Origin: Candidatus Omnitrophota bacterium | GTDB lineage: Bacteria; Omnitrophota; Gorgyraeia; JACQQV01 | NCBI GenBank assembly: GCA_016206785.1 | Contig: JACQQV010000008.1 | Span: 4,402-68,401 of the forward strand | Length of the DNA stretch: 64,000 nt | Direction: 5' to 3' | Part shown: one piece after another, positions 48,787 through 58,685 of the stretch | Layout: each line of letters opens with the position of its first letter | How positions within the stretch are numbered: the stretch's first letter is position 1 | Notes under the pieces: model-generated | Told to the model about the DNA's origin: nothing | Seen by the model: the letters and a program-made list of their open reading frames with translations, nothing else | The model's database searches: none | Translations under genes and position numbers: made by a program

Positions 48787-49251
48787 ATGGCTGGCGACCC
48801 GCAGAAAGAAAGAAGGAAAAAGATCATCGCAGTCGTCCTTGTCTGCTTCTTTCTCCCCCTTCTCTGGTATAACGTGCATCGTGCGCAGAAGAGTATTTCT
48901 CCGGTGCCACAAACGATGCCTCCGCAAGAAACACCTCCCTCTCCCGCCTCTTCTGAAGCGTTGACGGCAACGGAACTTCTCACGTGGAAACGGGATCCTT
49001 TTATTTTGGGTATCGGGAAAGAAGGTGAGCTTCCGACATTGCAACTCAAGGTGAGCGGGATTATCTACGATGAGACACGGCCTGAAGCGACCTACGCGAT
49101 TATTAATGAAGAGGTAGTCCGGATCGGGGATAACCTCCACGGGATTAAGGTGATCGACATTCAACCCGATTATGTGCGTCTCAAGAAATTTAACCAAGAA
49201 GTGATCCTTTATCTTTACCAGGAAAAAGTCACAGGGGAAGAGGGAGAATGA
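48787..49251 (+). CDS. PilP/GspC-HR-like protein (copy 2).
   Basis: TM. Pro-rich linker. LKVSGIIYDETRPEATYAIINEEVVRIGDNLHGIKVIDIQPDYVRLK beta-domain. Confidence 0.6.
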   Translation: MAGDPQKERRKKIIAVVLVCFFLPLLWYNVHRAQKSISPVPQTMPPQETPPSPASSEALTATELLTWKRDPFILGIGKEGELPTLQLKVSGIIYDETRPEATYAIINEEVVRIGDNLHGIKVIDIQPDYVRLKKFNQEVILYLYQEKVTGEEGE

Positions 49252-49257
49252 GAGGGG

Positions 49258-49938
49258 TTGGGAATCAGGGAAAAGATTTTATCCATTCGAGAAAGGATTG
49301 AGCGCTCCAAACGGAATGCCCCGGAGTTAAACACCCCTGTTCTTTTGGTGGGGGTTACAAAGGGGGTCGGACTTGAGAGACTTCGAGAGGCGATTCAAGG
49401 AGGACTCGGTGATCTGGGAGAGAATCGCGTTTTAGAAGCGCAAGGAAAAATCTCCCACGTACAGGAGGGTGTTCAGTGGCACATGGTGGGACACCTCCAA
49501 AGAAATAAGGTGAGAGATGCGATACAACTTTTCCATCTTATCCACTCGGTCGATTCTCTTCGCTTGGCCCAAGCGATTGAGAAAGAGGCCTCTCTCGTTG
49601 GAAAAGAAGTTCCGGTCCTCCTCCAGGTAAACCTTCAGGGGAAAACCGCTCCGTTTGGCGCTTCTGTGGACTCCGCGGCATTTCTTGTGAAAGAAATTTC
49701 TTCATTGAAACATCTGAAACTCTCGGGACTCATGACGATCGCCCCCCTCACGGAAGATCCAGAAAAGACGCGTCCTTATTTTAGACGCCTCTGGGAATTG
49801 AAGAAAGCGCTTGAGAGAGAAAACCCTTCGCTGGCATTGCGGTACCTTTCGATGGGAATGAGTCAAGATTTTGAGGTCGCCATCGAAGAAGGGGCAAATG
49901 TGGTGAGGATTGGAAGGGCTATTTTTGGTACAGGGTAA
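49258..49938 (+). CDS. yggS: PLP homeostasis protein YggS/YlmE family.
   Basis: LLVGVTKGV...HMVGHLQRNKV...RIGRAIFG alanine-racemase-N fold. Confidence 0.8.
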   Translation: MGIREKILSIRERIERSKRNAPELNTPVLLVGVTKGVGLERLREAIQGGLGDLGENRVLEAQGKISHVQEGVQWHMVGHLQRNKVRDAIQLFHLIHSVDSLRLAQAIEKEASLVGKEVPVLLQVNLQGKTAPFGASVDSAAFLVKEISSLKHLKLSGLMTIAPLTEDPEKTRPYFRRLWELKKALERENPSLALRYLSMGMSQDFEVAIEEGANVVRIGRAIFGTG

Positions 49939-49962
49939 AAGGTACAAAGTACAAGGGAAAGC

Positions 49963-50778
49963 GTGAAGACATTACGAAGAGTGACGATCGGGATTATCGG
50001 CGGGGGAAATATGGGAGAGGCGTTATTGTCCGGTCTCCTGAACCATCGTCTTGTTTCGAAGAACCAGATAGGGGTGGGGGAAGAGGCCGCTTCAAAACGG
50101 AAATCCCTCGCAAGGCGTTACGGTGTTTTTGTGACTGCGGACAATCGGCGGCTCGCTGATCGGAGTGGGGTAGTGATTCTTGCGGTAAAACCGCAACAGA
50201 TGGAAAAGGTGCTGAAGGGGATTTTCCCTCTTTGGAAAAGGCCCCTTGTCATTTCCATTGCGGCAGGGGTGCGGCTCTCGTTTCTGAGAAGGCACTTGGG
50301 AGATCTTCCGATGATCCGTGTCATGCCGAATCTGGCGGCGGCCGTCGGAGAGGCGATCTCAGCCATGTCTCAAGGACGCTTCGCCACCCGATCCCATCGC
50401 TTCATGGCAGAAGCGATCTTTCAATCTGTCGGTGAGACGGTCTGGGTGGAGGAATCGAAGTTGGATGCTGTGACGGCTCTCAGCGGAAGCGGCCCTGCCT
50501 ATGTGGCAAGTTTTATGAGAGCGCTTGAGGAAGGCGCTCGGCAGGTCGGTCTTCCACGGGATCTTTCTCTCCGTCTCATTCAGAAGACCTTTCAGGGGAG
50601 CCTCACTTACCTCCTCAAGAAAGGGCTTGATCCCAATTCCTTTATTCAAAAAGTCGCCTCCAAAGGAGGAACCACGGAAGCGGCCCTTCGGGTGTTTCGG
50701 TCTCGTCGTCTTTCTCAAACCGTTGCCTTGGCCCTCCGCCGGGCTGCGGCACGTTCACGGCAACTTTCGAAAGGGTGA
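49963..50778 (+). CDS. proC: Pyrroline-5-carboxylate reductase.
   Basis: IGIIGGGNMGEALLSG Rossmann. C-terminal P5CR dimerisation domain (GGTTEAAL). Confidence 0.85.
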   Translation: MKTLRRVTIGIIGGGNMGEALLSGLLNHRLVSKNQIGVGEEAASKRKSLARRYGVFVTADNRRLADRSGVVILAVKPQQMEKVLKGIFPLWKRPLVISIAAGVRLSFLRRHLGDLPMIRVMPNLAAAVGEAISAMSQGRFATRSHRFMAEAIFQSVGETVWVEESKLDAVTALSGSGPAYVASFMRALEEGARQVGLPRDLSLRLIQKTFQGSLTYLLKKGLDPNSFIQKVASKGGTTEAALRVFRSRRLSQTVALALRRAAARSRQLSKG

Positions 50779-50782
50779 AGCC

Positions 50783-51085
50783 ATGTTTATTCTCTCGAAT
50801 TTTCTGGCGAGTGTGGCACGTCTTTTGGAAGTCGCACTCACCATTTTCTACTGGTTGATGCTCATCCGGTGCCTGATCAGTTGGGTGAACCCCGATCCTT
50901 ATAATAGCCTTGTACAATTTCTCTACAAAGTGACGGAACCGGTTTTAGCACCCATCCGACGGGTGATCCCGATGGCATGGGGAATAGGTTTTGATCTTTC
51001 TCCCCTCATCGCCTTTTTACTTCTACTCTTCCTTCAATCTTTTTTGGTCAGAACCCTCCTCGATCTCGCGGCACGCATCAGGTAA
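50783..51085 (+). CDS. yggT: YggT family membrane protein.
   Basis: ~100 aa, 2 TM. LIRCLISWVNPDPYNSLVQFLYKVTEPVLAPIRRVIP. Confidence 0.75.
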   Translation: MFILSNFLASVARLLEVALTIFYWLMLIRCLISWVNPDPYNSLVQFLYKVTEPVLAPIRRVIPMAWGIGFDLSPLIAFLLLLFLQSFLVRTLLDLAARIR

Positions 51086-51098
51086 CCCAGGAACGGTG

Positions 51099-51920
51099 AT
51101 GAAGGACTTAAGAGAGAAAATCGGAGAATCGCTTGAAGCGGTTCAAAGAAAGGCCAAAGGGAAATGGGAGATCGGGATCATTTTGGGAACAGGTCTGGGC
51201 CAATTGGCACGAAAGGTCACCCAGAAAAAGGAGATGGATTATCAGGAGATTCCTCATTTTCCTCACACGACCGCCCTGACGCATACCGGGCGGCTCATCC
51301 TCGGTAAGATCGGGAAAAAAAGGGTGGTGGCCATGGAAGGGCGGTTCCATTATTATGAAGGGTATTCTCTTGCAGAGGTGACCTACCCGGTCCGGGTGAT
51401 GCACCAATTGGGCTGTCGCGCTTTAATCGTTTCCAACGCCGCCGGCGGTCTCAATCCCAACTTTTCGGGGGGGGACCTCATGGTGATTACCGATCATATC
51501 AATCTCATGGGGGTGAATCCACTTATCGGACCGAATGAAGAATGGTTGGGGTCCCGGTTTCCGGATATGTCTGAACCGTACGACACCCGCCTCATTCGGG
51601 TGGCGGAGTCGGTCGCATCTTCCCTCCGGATGAAATTGCACAGAGGGGTCTATGTCGGTGTCACAGGCCCGAACCTTGAGACAAAAGCCGAATACCGGTT
51701 TCTCAGACAGATCGGCTCAGATGCGGTCGGGATGTCCACCGTTCCGGAGGTGATCGTTGCACGCCATTGCGGCATGCGTGTGCTGGGGATCAGTTGCATC
51801 ACGGATCTCTGTGATCCCGATGCCCTGGAAGTGGCTGATATTGAAAAAATCATTCGTGTCGCGAAGGCGTCCGAGCCGAAATTGACGAAACTTGTTATGA
51901 AAGTTATCGAATCTCTGTGA
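51099..51920 (+). CDS. punA: Purine nucleoside phosphorylase (PNP/MTAP family).
   Basis: IGIILGTGLG...GRFHYYEGY...STVPEVIVARHCGMRVLGISCITD motifs. Confidence 0.8.
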   Translation: MKDLREKIGESLEAVQRKAKGKWEIGIILGTGLGQLARKVTQKKEMDYQEIPHFPHTTALTHTGRLILGKIGKKRVVAMEGRFHYYEGYSLAEVTYPVRVMHQLGCRALIVSNAAGGLNPNFSGGDLMVITDHINLMGVNPLIGPNEEWLGSRFPDMSEPYDTRLIRVAESVASSLRMKLHRGVYVGVTGPNLETKAEYRFLRQIGSDAVGMSTVPEVIVARHCGMRVLGISCITDLCDPDALEVADIEKIIRVAKASEPKLTKLVMKVIESL

Positions 51921-52098
51921 GGCGGGTCCTGGCTCCTGGTGTGGTTCGTCGCACCGCTTGCGGCGCCCAGCGTGCGCCGCTGCGCTTGAATGCTCGGCCT
52001 CGCTCCTCCCCGCCTTCGGCGGGGGTGACCATGCCCGCTCGGCCTGCGCACATACGTCTCACCACAACCAGTCGCCACTCGCTCCAAATGGATGACCC

Positions 52099-54870
52099 AT
52101 GATTGAAAAAATGGACTACAAATCGACGCTGAATTTACCGAAAACCGATTTCCCGATGAAGGCAAATCTCAACACCCTCGAACCGAAGATGCTCGCCTAC
52201 TGGGAGCATCAGAATCTCTACGGGGAGATCCGGGAAAAAAGAAAGACAAAACCGAAATATATCCTCCATGATGGACCCCCCTATGCCAATGGAGACATCC
52301 ATATCGGGCATGCCCTGAACAAGATCCTCAAGGACATTATCGTGAAGTATGAGACGATGAAAGGTCTGGATGCCCCTTATGTGCCGGGATGGGATTGTCA
52401 TGGAATGCCGATCGAGCATGCCCTCTTTGAGAAACTCGGGAAGAAAAAACAGGATATCGACCGGATCGCGTTTCGGGAAAAGGCAAAAGAGTTTGCACTT
52501 CAATTTGTGGACAAGCAACGGGAGCAATTCAAGCGGCTAGGCGTTTTTGGAGACTGGAAACGACCCTATCTGACCCTGGACCCCAAGTATGAAGAGAGGA
52601 TCATTCGGGTTTTCAAGGAGCTTTATCTTAAAGGGTATATTTACCGACGGAAAAAGCCGGTTTACTGGTGTGCCACCTGCGAGACGGCTCTCGCAGAAGC
52701 GGAGGTGGAATACGAGGATCGGCAGGATACTTCGATTTATGTGAAATTTGAAATTTCAAAAGGGCTTTATTTTGTCATCTGGACGACGACCCCCTGGACA
52801 CTTCCTGCAAATCTCGCGGTGGCCCTCCATCCGGGAAAAAGATATCATGCCGTCGAAGTTGGGAAACGGGAGACTTGGATCTTGGCGGAAGAACGGGTCC
52901 ACCCGGTCCTTGAGAGTCTGGGGAGGAAAGCGGTCACGACGGTCTGGTCTCAGGAAGGAGAAAAACTCATCGGAACAAAATATATCCGGCCCTGTTCTTC
53001 AGAATTAGGGCAGGCGGTCGTCTCAGAATTTGTCTCTATGGAGGAAGGGACCGGCATCGTGCATATCGCCCCTGGCCACGGAGAGGAAGATTATCACATA
53101 GGACTTAAAAATAACCTCCCCATTTTTTCTCCAGTCGATCAGAGCGGAAATTTTACAGAGGAAGCCCCTCTTCCTTTTCTCAAAGGAAAAAATGTTTTTC
53201 AAGCCAACGGTGAGATCATTCAGGAACTGAAGAAAAGGGAAACACTCCTTTTCGAAGAAAAGATTTCTCACTCCTACCCCCATTGCTGGCGCTGCAAGGA
53301 GCCGATCATTTTTCGTGCGACGGAGCAATGGTTCTTGAATGTCGAGAAAGAGGATTTACGGAAACGTCTCCTTGAGGCGACGGAATCCGTGACCTGGACC
53401 CCCGGCTACGGAAAGAGCCGGATTCAGGGCATGCTCTCTGCGAGGCCTGACTGGTGTCTTTCAAGACAGAGGTATTGGGGGACACCGATTCCGATTGTTA
53501 CCTGCAGCCGTTGCAAAAAGGTCGTCGAGGAACGTTCTTTTTTTGACCGGGTGGAGAAAATTTTTGGCGCGGTCGGATCGGATGCGTGGTTTAAGAAACC
53601 TGTGGAAGAGTTTCTGCCGAAGGGGTTCCGATGTCCCTGTGGCTCCGTCCAATTTGAAAAGGAGGAGGATATTCTGGATGTCTGGTTCGAGTCAGGGGTA
53701 AGTTATGAAGCGGTCTTGAAAACAGATACGGAGCGTCTCGGTTATCCCGCTTCTCTGTATTTGGAAGGGTCTGATCAACATCGGGGATGGTTTCAAGTAT
53801 CGCTTATCCCTGCGGTCGCCAATGAAGGGAAGCCCCCTTACCGCCAAGTTTTGACCCACGGTTTTGTGATGGATGGCGAAGGACTCAAGATGTCAAAGTC
53901 GAGGGGGAATGTGGTGAGTCCTCAGGAGGTGATTGAGAAATATGGCGCAGATGTTCTGCGTCTCTGGGTCTTTTCAAGCCAATACGGCGAAGATGTTCGG
54001 ATCTCAGAGGAAATTCTGGAGCGGACCGCAGATGCCTATCGCAAAATTCGCAACACATTTAAATACCTTTTGGGAAATCTCTACGATTTTCGGAAAGAGG
54101 ACCTCCTAGAACATCGCCGTCTCCTGGAAGTGGACCGGTGGGCCCTTTCGAAACTGGCGGAACTCCTCCAGAGGGTGACGGAGGCGATGGAGAGTTTCGA
54201 ATTCCACAAAGCGCACCAAGCGATCCACCAATTCTGTGTGGTAGAGATGTCTTCTTTTTATCTTGATATTTTGAAGGATCGGCTATATACTTTAAAGTTC
54301 GACGACCTCAAGCGGCGTTCGGCCCAAACCGCTCTTTACCATATTTTAAATAGTCTCGCACGGATCCTGGCCCCCGTTCTCTCCTTTACCGTGGAAGAGG
54401 TTGCGCAGACGCGGACGGTCGAAACGGCTTCGATGCATCTTCTGGATTGGCCCAAGCCGGAAAAGGGATGGTTGGACCCCTCTCTGGAGAAGCGATGGGA
54501 GACCCTGCTTCTTTTAAGGGATGGGGTGCTCAAAGAAATCGAGAAGTTCCGCGCGGAAGGGAAGTGCGGCAGCTCTCTAGAGACCTCTCTCCGTTTCTTC
54601 CTCCAGAAGGGGGGAAGCTTTGATTGGCTTGAAGGAGAGGGTGAAGCTCTAACGATGCTTCTTATCGTTTCGGATGTCGCCTTTGAAAAGGTGGCGCAAC
54701 TTCCAGCGGGGAGTCCTCTTCCAGTGCTGGAGGGGATCGGCGTCCAGGTGGAGCGCTCCAGCGGAAAAAAATGTCTCCGATGTTGGAACTGGCGCCAGAG
54801 CGTCGGTAACGACCCGGAGCATCCCAAACTGTGCGATCGGTGTACTCATGTCATTCGATCACTTTCTTAA
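52099..54870 (+). CDS. ileS: Isoleucine--tRNA ligase.
   Basis: HIGH (PYANGDIHIGH). KMSKS. CP1 editing domain. C-terminal Zn finger (CLRCWNW...CDRC). Confidence 0.95.
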   Translation: MIEKMDYKSTLNLPKTDFPMKANLNTLEPKMLAYWEHQNLYGEIREKRKTKPKYILHDGPPYANGDIHIGHALNKILKDIIVKYETMKGLDAPYVPGWDCHGMPIEHALFEKLGKKKQDIDRIAFREKAKEFALQFVDKQREQFKRLGVFGDWKRPYLTLDPKYEERIIRVFKELYLKGYIYRRKKPVYWCATCETALAEAEVEYEDRQDTSIYVKFEISKGLYFVIWTTTPWTLPANLAVALHPGKRYHAVEVGKRETWILAEERVHPVLESLGRKAVTTVWSQEGEKLIGTKYIRPCSSELGQAVVSEFVSMEEGTGIVHIAPGHGEEDYHIGLKNNLPIFSPVDQSGNFTEEAPLPFLKGKNVFQANGEIIQELKKRETLLFEEKISHSYPHCWRCKEPIIFRATEQWFLNVEKEDLRKRLLEATESVTWTPGYGKSRIQGMLSARPDWCLSRQRYWGTPIPIVTCSRCKKVVEERSFFDRVEKIFGAVGSDAWFKKPVEEFLPKGFRCPCGSVQFEKEEDILDVWFESGVSYEAVLKTDTERLGYPASLYLEGSDQHRGWFQVSLIPAVANEGKPPYRQVLTHGFVMDGEGLKMSKSRGNVVSPQEVIEKYGADVLRLWVFSSQYGEDVRISEEILERTADAYRKIRNTFKYLLGNLYDFRKEDLLEHRRLLEVDRWALSKLAELLQRVTEAMESFEFHKAHQAIHQFCVVEMSSFYLDILKDRLYTLKFDDLKRRSAQTALYHILNSLARILAPVLSFTVEEVAQTRTVETASMHLLDWPKPEKGWLDPSLEKRWETLLLLRDGVLKEIEKFRAEGKCGSSLETSLRFFLQKGGSFDWLEGEGEALTMLLIVSDVAFEKVAQLPAGSPLPVLEGIGVQVERSSGKKCLRCWNWRQSVGNDPEHPKLCDRCTHVIRSLS

Positions 54871-54884
54871 TTGAGGAGGTTTCA

Positions 54885-55271
54885 ATGAACAAAAAGGAAT
54901 TTGAGACGTTTCGAGAGATGCTTTTGGAGAAACGTCAGTCGGTCCTTGAGAATATTCAGCAGATTGAGAAGAACACTCTCAAGAAATCTCCGCGGGAGGC
55001 GAGCGGGGATCTCTCCGGCTACACCTACCATATGGCGGACATGGCGACGGACAATTATGACACGGAACTTTCTCTCAACCTCGCTTCGAGCGAACAACGG
55101 GTCCTTCACGAAATCGATGAGGCCTTGAAGCGGATTGAAGAGGGAACCTACGGCGATTGTCTCGACTGTGGTAAGAAAATCAGTCAGCAGCGGCTCAAGG
55201 CGGTTCCCTACACCACTTATTGCATTACCTGTCAGGAGAAGCAGGAGAAAAAGGAGAAGGAAAAGATGTGA
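54885..55271 (+). CDS. DksA/TraR family C4-type zinc-finger protein.
   Basis: Coiled-coil N-terminus. CLDCGKKI...CITC zinc finger. GAGGAGG RBS. Confidence 0.75.
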   Translation: MNKKEFETFREMLLEKRQSVLENIQQIEKNTLKKSPREASGDLSGYTYHMADMATDNYDTELSLNLASSEQRVLHEIDEALKRIEEGTYGDCLDCGKKISQQRLKAVPYTTYCITCQEKQEKKEKEKM

Positions 55272-55699
55272 TTCGGATCATTCTCCTTGTTGTTTTTCTC
55301 CTCGACCAGCTCTCAAAGAGTTTTGTTCTTCGTCATATGTCCCTCAACCAATCGATTCCCGTTCTTCCGCCGATATTCTCGATCACCCTCATCGCCAACA
55401 CGGGGGTTGCCTTCGGCCTTTTTAAGGAAAAATCGGACCTCTTTGTCTGGGTGGGTCTCCTCGTCCTTTTCTGGATTTATCAAGTGACGCGACATACCCC
55501 CCTCGAAAACCGATGGGCCAAGGTCGGAGTGGGGCTTATCTCCGGGGGGGCGCTGGGGAATCTTTTGGATCGGCTCCGCCACGGCTATGTCGTCGATTTT
55601 TTAGATTTCCGCGTCTGGCCCGTTTTTAACATTGCGGATAGTTGCATTTTCATCGGGACGCTCCTTTTTCTCATCGTCTGTTTTAAACCGTCTCATTAA
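55268..55699 (+). CDS. lspA: Lipoprotein signal peptidase II.
   Basis: 4 TM. NTGVAFGLF and FNIADSCIFIG motifs. GTG start overlaps the dksA-like stop. Confidence 0.85.
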   Translation: MIRIILLVVFLLDQLSKSFVLRHMSLNQSIPVLPPIFSITLIANTGVAFGLFKEKSDLFVWVGLLVLFWIYQVTRHTPLENRWAKVGVGLISGGALGNLLDRLRHGYVVDFLDFRVWPVFNIADSCIFIGTLLFLIVCFKPSH

Positions 55700-55701
55700 C
55701 G

Positions 55702-56433
55702 ATGCATCCAATCCTTTTTTCAGTCTGGATTTTTACCATTTATTCCTTCGGAACGCTCTTGGCGGTGGGGTATCTCTTCGCCGCATTCCTCCTCTTCCGA
55801 GACGCCCGTCGAAGGGGAAAGGACCCTGCGTCCCTCCTCGATCTTGGGACAGGTCTTCTTCTTTCGGGGCTTTTGGGGGCACGGCTCCTCTATATTTTTC
55901 TTCATCTGGAAGAGTATCTGGAGGACCCCTTAGAAGTTTTCAGGCTCCAGCGTGGGGGTCTTGTTTTCTATGGGGGGCTTGCCGCGGCAGTTGTCTTCGC
56001 AATCCTTTTTATCCAACGGAAAAGACTTCCTCTTTGGCAGACCCTGGATGAGATCGTTCCCTATGCGACTTTGGTTCAGGCATTTGGACGGATCGGTTGT
56101 TTTCTCAATGGCTGCTGTTATGGAAAACCGACCCTCTCCCGAATCGGTATTCTTTTCCCAGGGCACCCCGTTCCACTTCATCCGACTCAGCTTTACGAAT
56201 CGTTTTCTCTTTTCATTCTTTTTATTCTGTTTCGCTCCCTGGCTCAAAAAAGGGCCCTTCCCGTCGGGAGACTCTTTGTCCTCTATCTTTTTTCTTACGG
56301 ACTCCTCAGATTTATCGTAGAATTTTTTAGGGGGGATCAGGACCTTTGGATGTGGGGATGGACTCTTCCACAGGGGGTCAGTCTTTTCCTCATAGGTCTT
56401 TCTCTCATGCTTTGGAAGAGAGGTCTTTCGTGA
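55702..56433 (+). CDS. lgt: Prolipoprotein diacylglyceryl transferase.
   Basis: FGRIGCFLNGCCYGKP signature. Polytopic. Confidence 0.85.
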   Translation: MHPILFSVWIFTIYSFGTLLAVGYLFAAFLLFRDARRRGKDPASLLDLGTGLLLSGLLGARLLYIFLHLEEYLEDPLEVFRLQRGGLVFYGGLAAAVVFAILFIQRKRLPLWQTLDEIVPYATLVQAFGRIGCFLNGCCYGKPTLSRIGILFPGHPVPLHPTQLYESFSLFILFILFRSLAQKRALPVGRLFVLYLFSYGLLRFIVEFFRGDQDLWMWGWTLPQGVSLFLIGLSLMLWKRGLS

Positions 56434-57338
56434 AACAGCACTACGCCTTCACGGTTCAAGGTCATCCAGGGAAACGACTCGACCGCTACCTTCTCGATCA
56501 TCTTCCAAAGACTATTTCTCGGTCTCAACTCCATCGACTCTTTGATCAAGGAAAGGTTCAAGTCAATGGGAAGGCGATCAAGCCTCACCATGCTGTGGCT
56601 GCAGGGGAGACAATCGAAGTGGACTATCTTCCTCCCCCAGGTCCCTCACTCCTTCCAGAGCATCTGCCGCTTACGATCGTCTTTGAAGACCCTTATCTTT
56701 TGGTCATCGACAAGGAGGCGGGGAGGGTGGTGCATCCTGCGGCGGGGAACTGGTCTGGCACGTTGGTGAACGCGCTTCTTTACCATGCCGAGGAACTTTC
56801 AACGCTCTCTGGACCTTTTCGGCCTGGCATTGTCCACCGGCTCGATAAAGACACTTCAGGTCTCCTGGTCTGCGCAAAGAATGACGTGGTTCACAGAGAC
56901 CTTGCAGAGCAGTTTGAGAAAAGAGCGATCCAGAGGAGTTATCTTGCCCTTGTGAAAGGGATCGTTCAATTTGACGAAGGGGTTGTTGATCTTCCGATCG
57001 GTCGTTCCCGGCGTGATCGGAAAAAATTTTCGGTACGGGTGATAGAAGGGAAGGTGGCGGTCACCCATTACGAAGTGATCAAACGACTGAAAGATTTCAC
57101 GTTTTTGAAACTGAGACTTGAGACCGGCAGAACCCATCAGATCCGGGTCCATATGGCGCATCTCGGCCATCCCCTTCTGGGAGACCGTACCTACGGCTCG
57201 GCGCAGGGCCTCTCCCGTCAGGCGCTTCATGCACAGACCCTGGGATTTTATCATCCCATCACGAAAGAATTCCTGGAGTTTGAAAGTCCCCTTCCCGAGG
57301 ACATGAAACGGTTGGTTGAAAAGGGGTCTCTCCGATGA
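56430..57338 (+). CDS. rluD: 23S rRNA pseudouridine synthase RluD family.
   Basis: S4 domain. HRLDKDTSGLLV catalytic Asp motif. Confidence 0.85.
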   Translation: MKQHYAFTVQGHPGKRLDRYLLDHLPKTISRSQLHRLFDQGKVQVNGKAIKPHHAVAAGETIEVDYLPPPGPSLLPEHLPLTIVFEDPYLLVIDKEAGRVVHPAAGNWSGTLVNALLYHAEELSTLSGPFRPGIVHRLDKDTSGLLVCAKNDVVHRDLAEQFEKRAIQRSYLALVKGIVQFDEGVVDLPIGRSRRDRKKFSVRVIEGKVAVTHYEVIKRLKDFTFLKLRLETGRTHQIRVHMAHLGHPLLGDRTYGSAQGLSRQALHAQTLGFYHPITKEFLEFESPLPEDMKRLVEKGSLR

Positions 57339-58624
57339 AGATGGAAAACTTAACCGTTTCTCCGATTCAAAAATTCTCAAAGACCCTTCCCCTGCCGGGG
57401 GATAAATCGATCTCCCATCGGGCCGCGATGCTGGGAGCGATCGCAAAGGGAAAAACCGAAATCCGGAATTTTCTCGTTGCCGAAGACTGCCTCCACACCG
57501 TCAAAGCGTTTCAAAAAATGGGAGTCGAAACCTCTTTTCAAGGGAAAGATCAGTTGACCATTAAGGGAAGAGGACTCCATGGACTTAAAAGACCCGGCGG
57601 ACCGATTTATCTCGGAAATTCTGGGACCTCGATGCGGCTCCTCTTGGGAATTCTTGCAGGACAACCTTTTTCTGCAACTGTTACCGGAGATCCTTCTCTT
57701 TCACAGAGGCCGATGCGACGCGTCGTCTTTCCGTTGGAGAAGATGGGTGCAGCCATCGAGGGGAAGGGAGGAGAGCATTTTGCACCGCTGACCATTCGGG
57801 GAGGCGTCCTTAAGGGAATTCGTTATCACCTGCCGGTGCCGAGTGCACAGGTTAAATCAGCAATCCTTCTCGCAGGATTATATGCAGAGGGAATAACGTC
57901 GGTGATCGAATCGTCTAAGACAAGGGACCACACAGAAAGGATGCTTCAGCATTTTGGGAAAAAACTTGCCGTGAGGGGCTTAACTGTTTCTCTCAAAGGG
58001 AATGGAGAACTGGAAGGATCCCGCGTGGCGGTTCCAGGAGACATTTCAAGCGCCGCCTTTTTCATTGTTCTGGCGAGTGCCTTGGAAGGATCAAAACTCA
58101 TTGTGCACAATGTCGGGGTCAATCCAACGCGCATCGGATTTATCCGGGTCCTTAAGCGGATGGGGGCAGACATCACCCTTATTCCAAAAAAAGAAAGCCG
58201 CGAGAAAGGAGAACCGGAGGGGGACATCGAGGTGAGAGGAAGGAATCTTAAGGGTACCACCGTGCTCGCTTCGGAAATTCCGGGTCTCATTGATGAGCTT
58301 CCGATCCTCATGGTTGCCGGAGCCTGCGCGAAAGGGAAGACCCAATTCCAACAGGCCTCGGAACTCCGGGTCAAAGAGACCGACCGGATCTACTCCATGG
58401 TGACCAATCTGCGAAAGATGGGAGTCTCCATTTGGAATGAGTCGGATGACGTGATCATCGATGGAGGTAAGCCATTTCATGGCAGTACGTTACAGAGTTA
58501 CAAAGACCACCGGACCGCCATGAGCCTTGCCGTGGCGGGTCGACTCGCCCAGAAGGGGAAGACCCTCATTCGGGATGTCGCCTGCATCCGAACCTCGTTT
58601 CCCGACTTTATAAATTTGATTTGA
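57335..58624 (+). CDS. aroA: 3-phosphoshikimate 1-carboxyvinyltransferase (EPSP synthase).
   Basis: [16 protein letters not shown] and [11 protein letters not shown] motifs. Confidence 0.9.
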   Translation: MKMENLTVSPIQKFSKTLPLPGDKSISHRAAMLGAIAKGKTEIRNFLVAEDCLHTVKAFQKMGVETSFQGKDQLTIKGRGLHGLKRPGGPIYLGNSGTSMRLLLGILAGQPFSATVTGDPSLSQRPMRRVVFPLEKMGAAIEGKGGEHFAPLTIRGGVLKGIRYHLPVPSAQVKSAILLAGLYAEGITSVIESSKTRDHTERMLQHFGKKLAVRGLTVSLKGNGELEGSRVAVPGDISSAAFFIVLASALEGSKLIVHNVGVNPTRIGFIRVLKRMGADITLIPKKESREKGEPEGDIEVRGRNLKGTTVLASEIPGLIDELPILMVAGACAKGKTQFQQASELRVKETDRIYSMVTNLRKMGVSIWNESDDVIIDGGKPFHGSTLQSYKDHRTAMSLAVAGRLAQKGKTLIRDVACIRTSFPDFINLI

Positions 58625-58648
58625 CACTCCCCTCCTGCGGAGTATAAT
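58621..58648 (+). promoter_or_regulatory. Sigma70 promoter for the mre operon. TTGACA-N16-TATAAT.
   Basis: TTGACA at 58621-58626 overlaps the aroA stop. TATAAT at 58643-58648. Confidence 0.6.
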
Positions 58649-58685
58649 AAAAGATTGCAATTTTTTACTCCTTTCGGAGAAAAAG

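Noticed and set aside
51921-52098. T-box riboswitch leader for ileS.
   Set aside because: No AAnnGGGTGGnACCGCG T-box sequence, no specifier-loop architecture recognisable, and the segment is too short.
51650-52165. 171-aa minus-strand ORF and 61-aa plus-strand ORF across the GC-rich punA-ileS spacer.
   Set aside because: The translations are Arg/Pro/Ala-rich junk with no motifs. Open frames arise from GC richness. The region is treated as non-coding.
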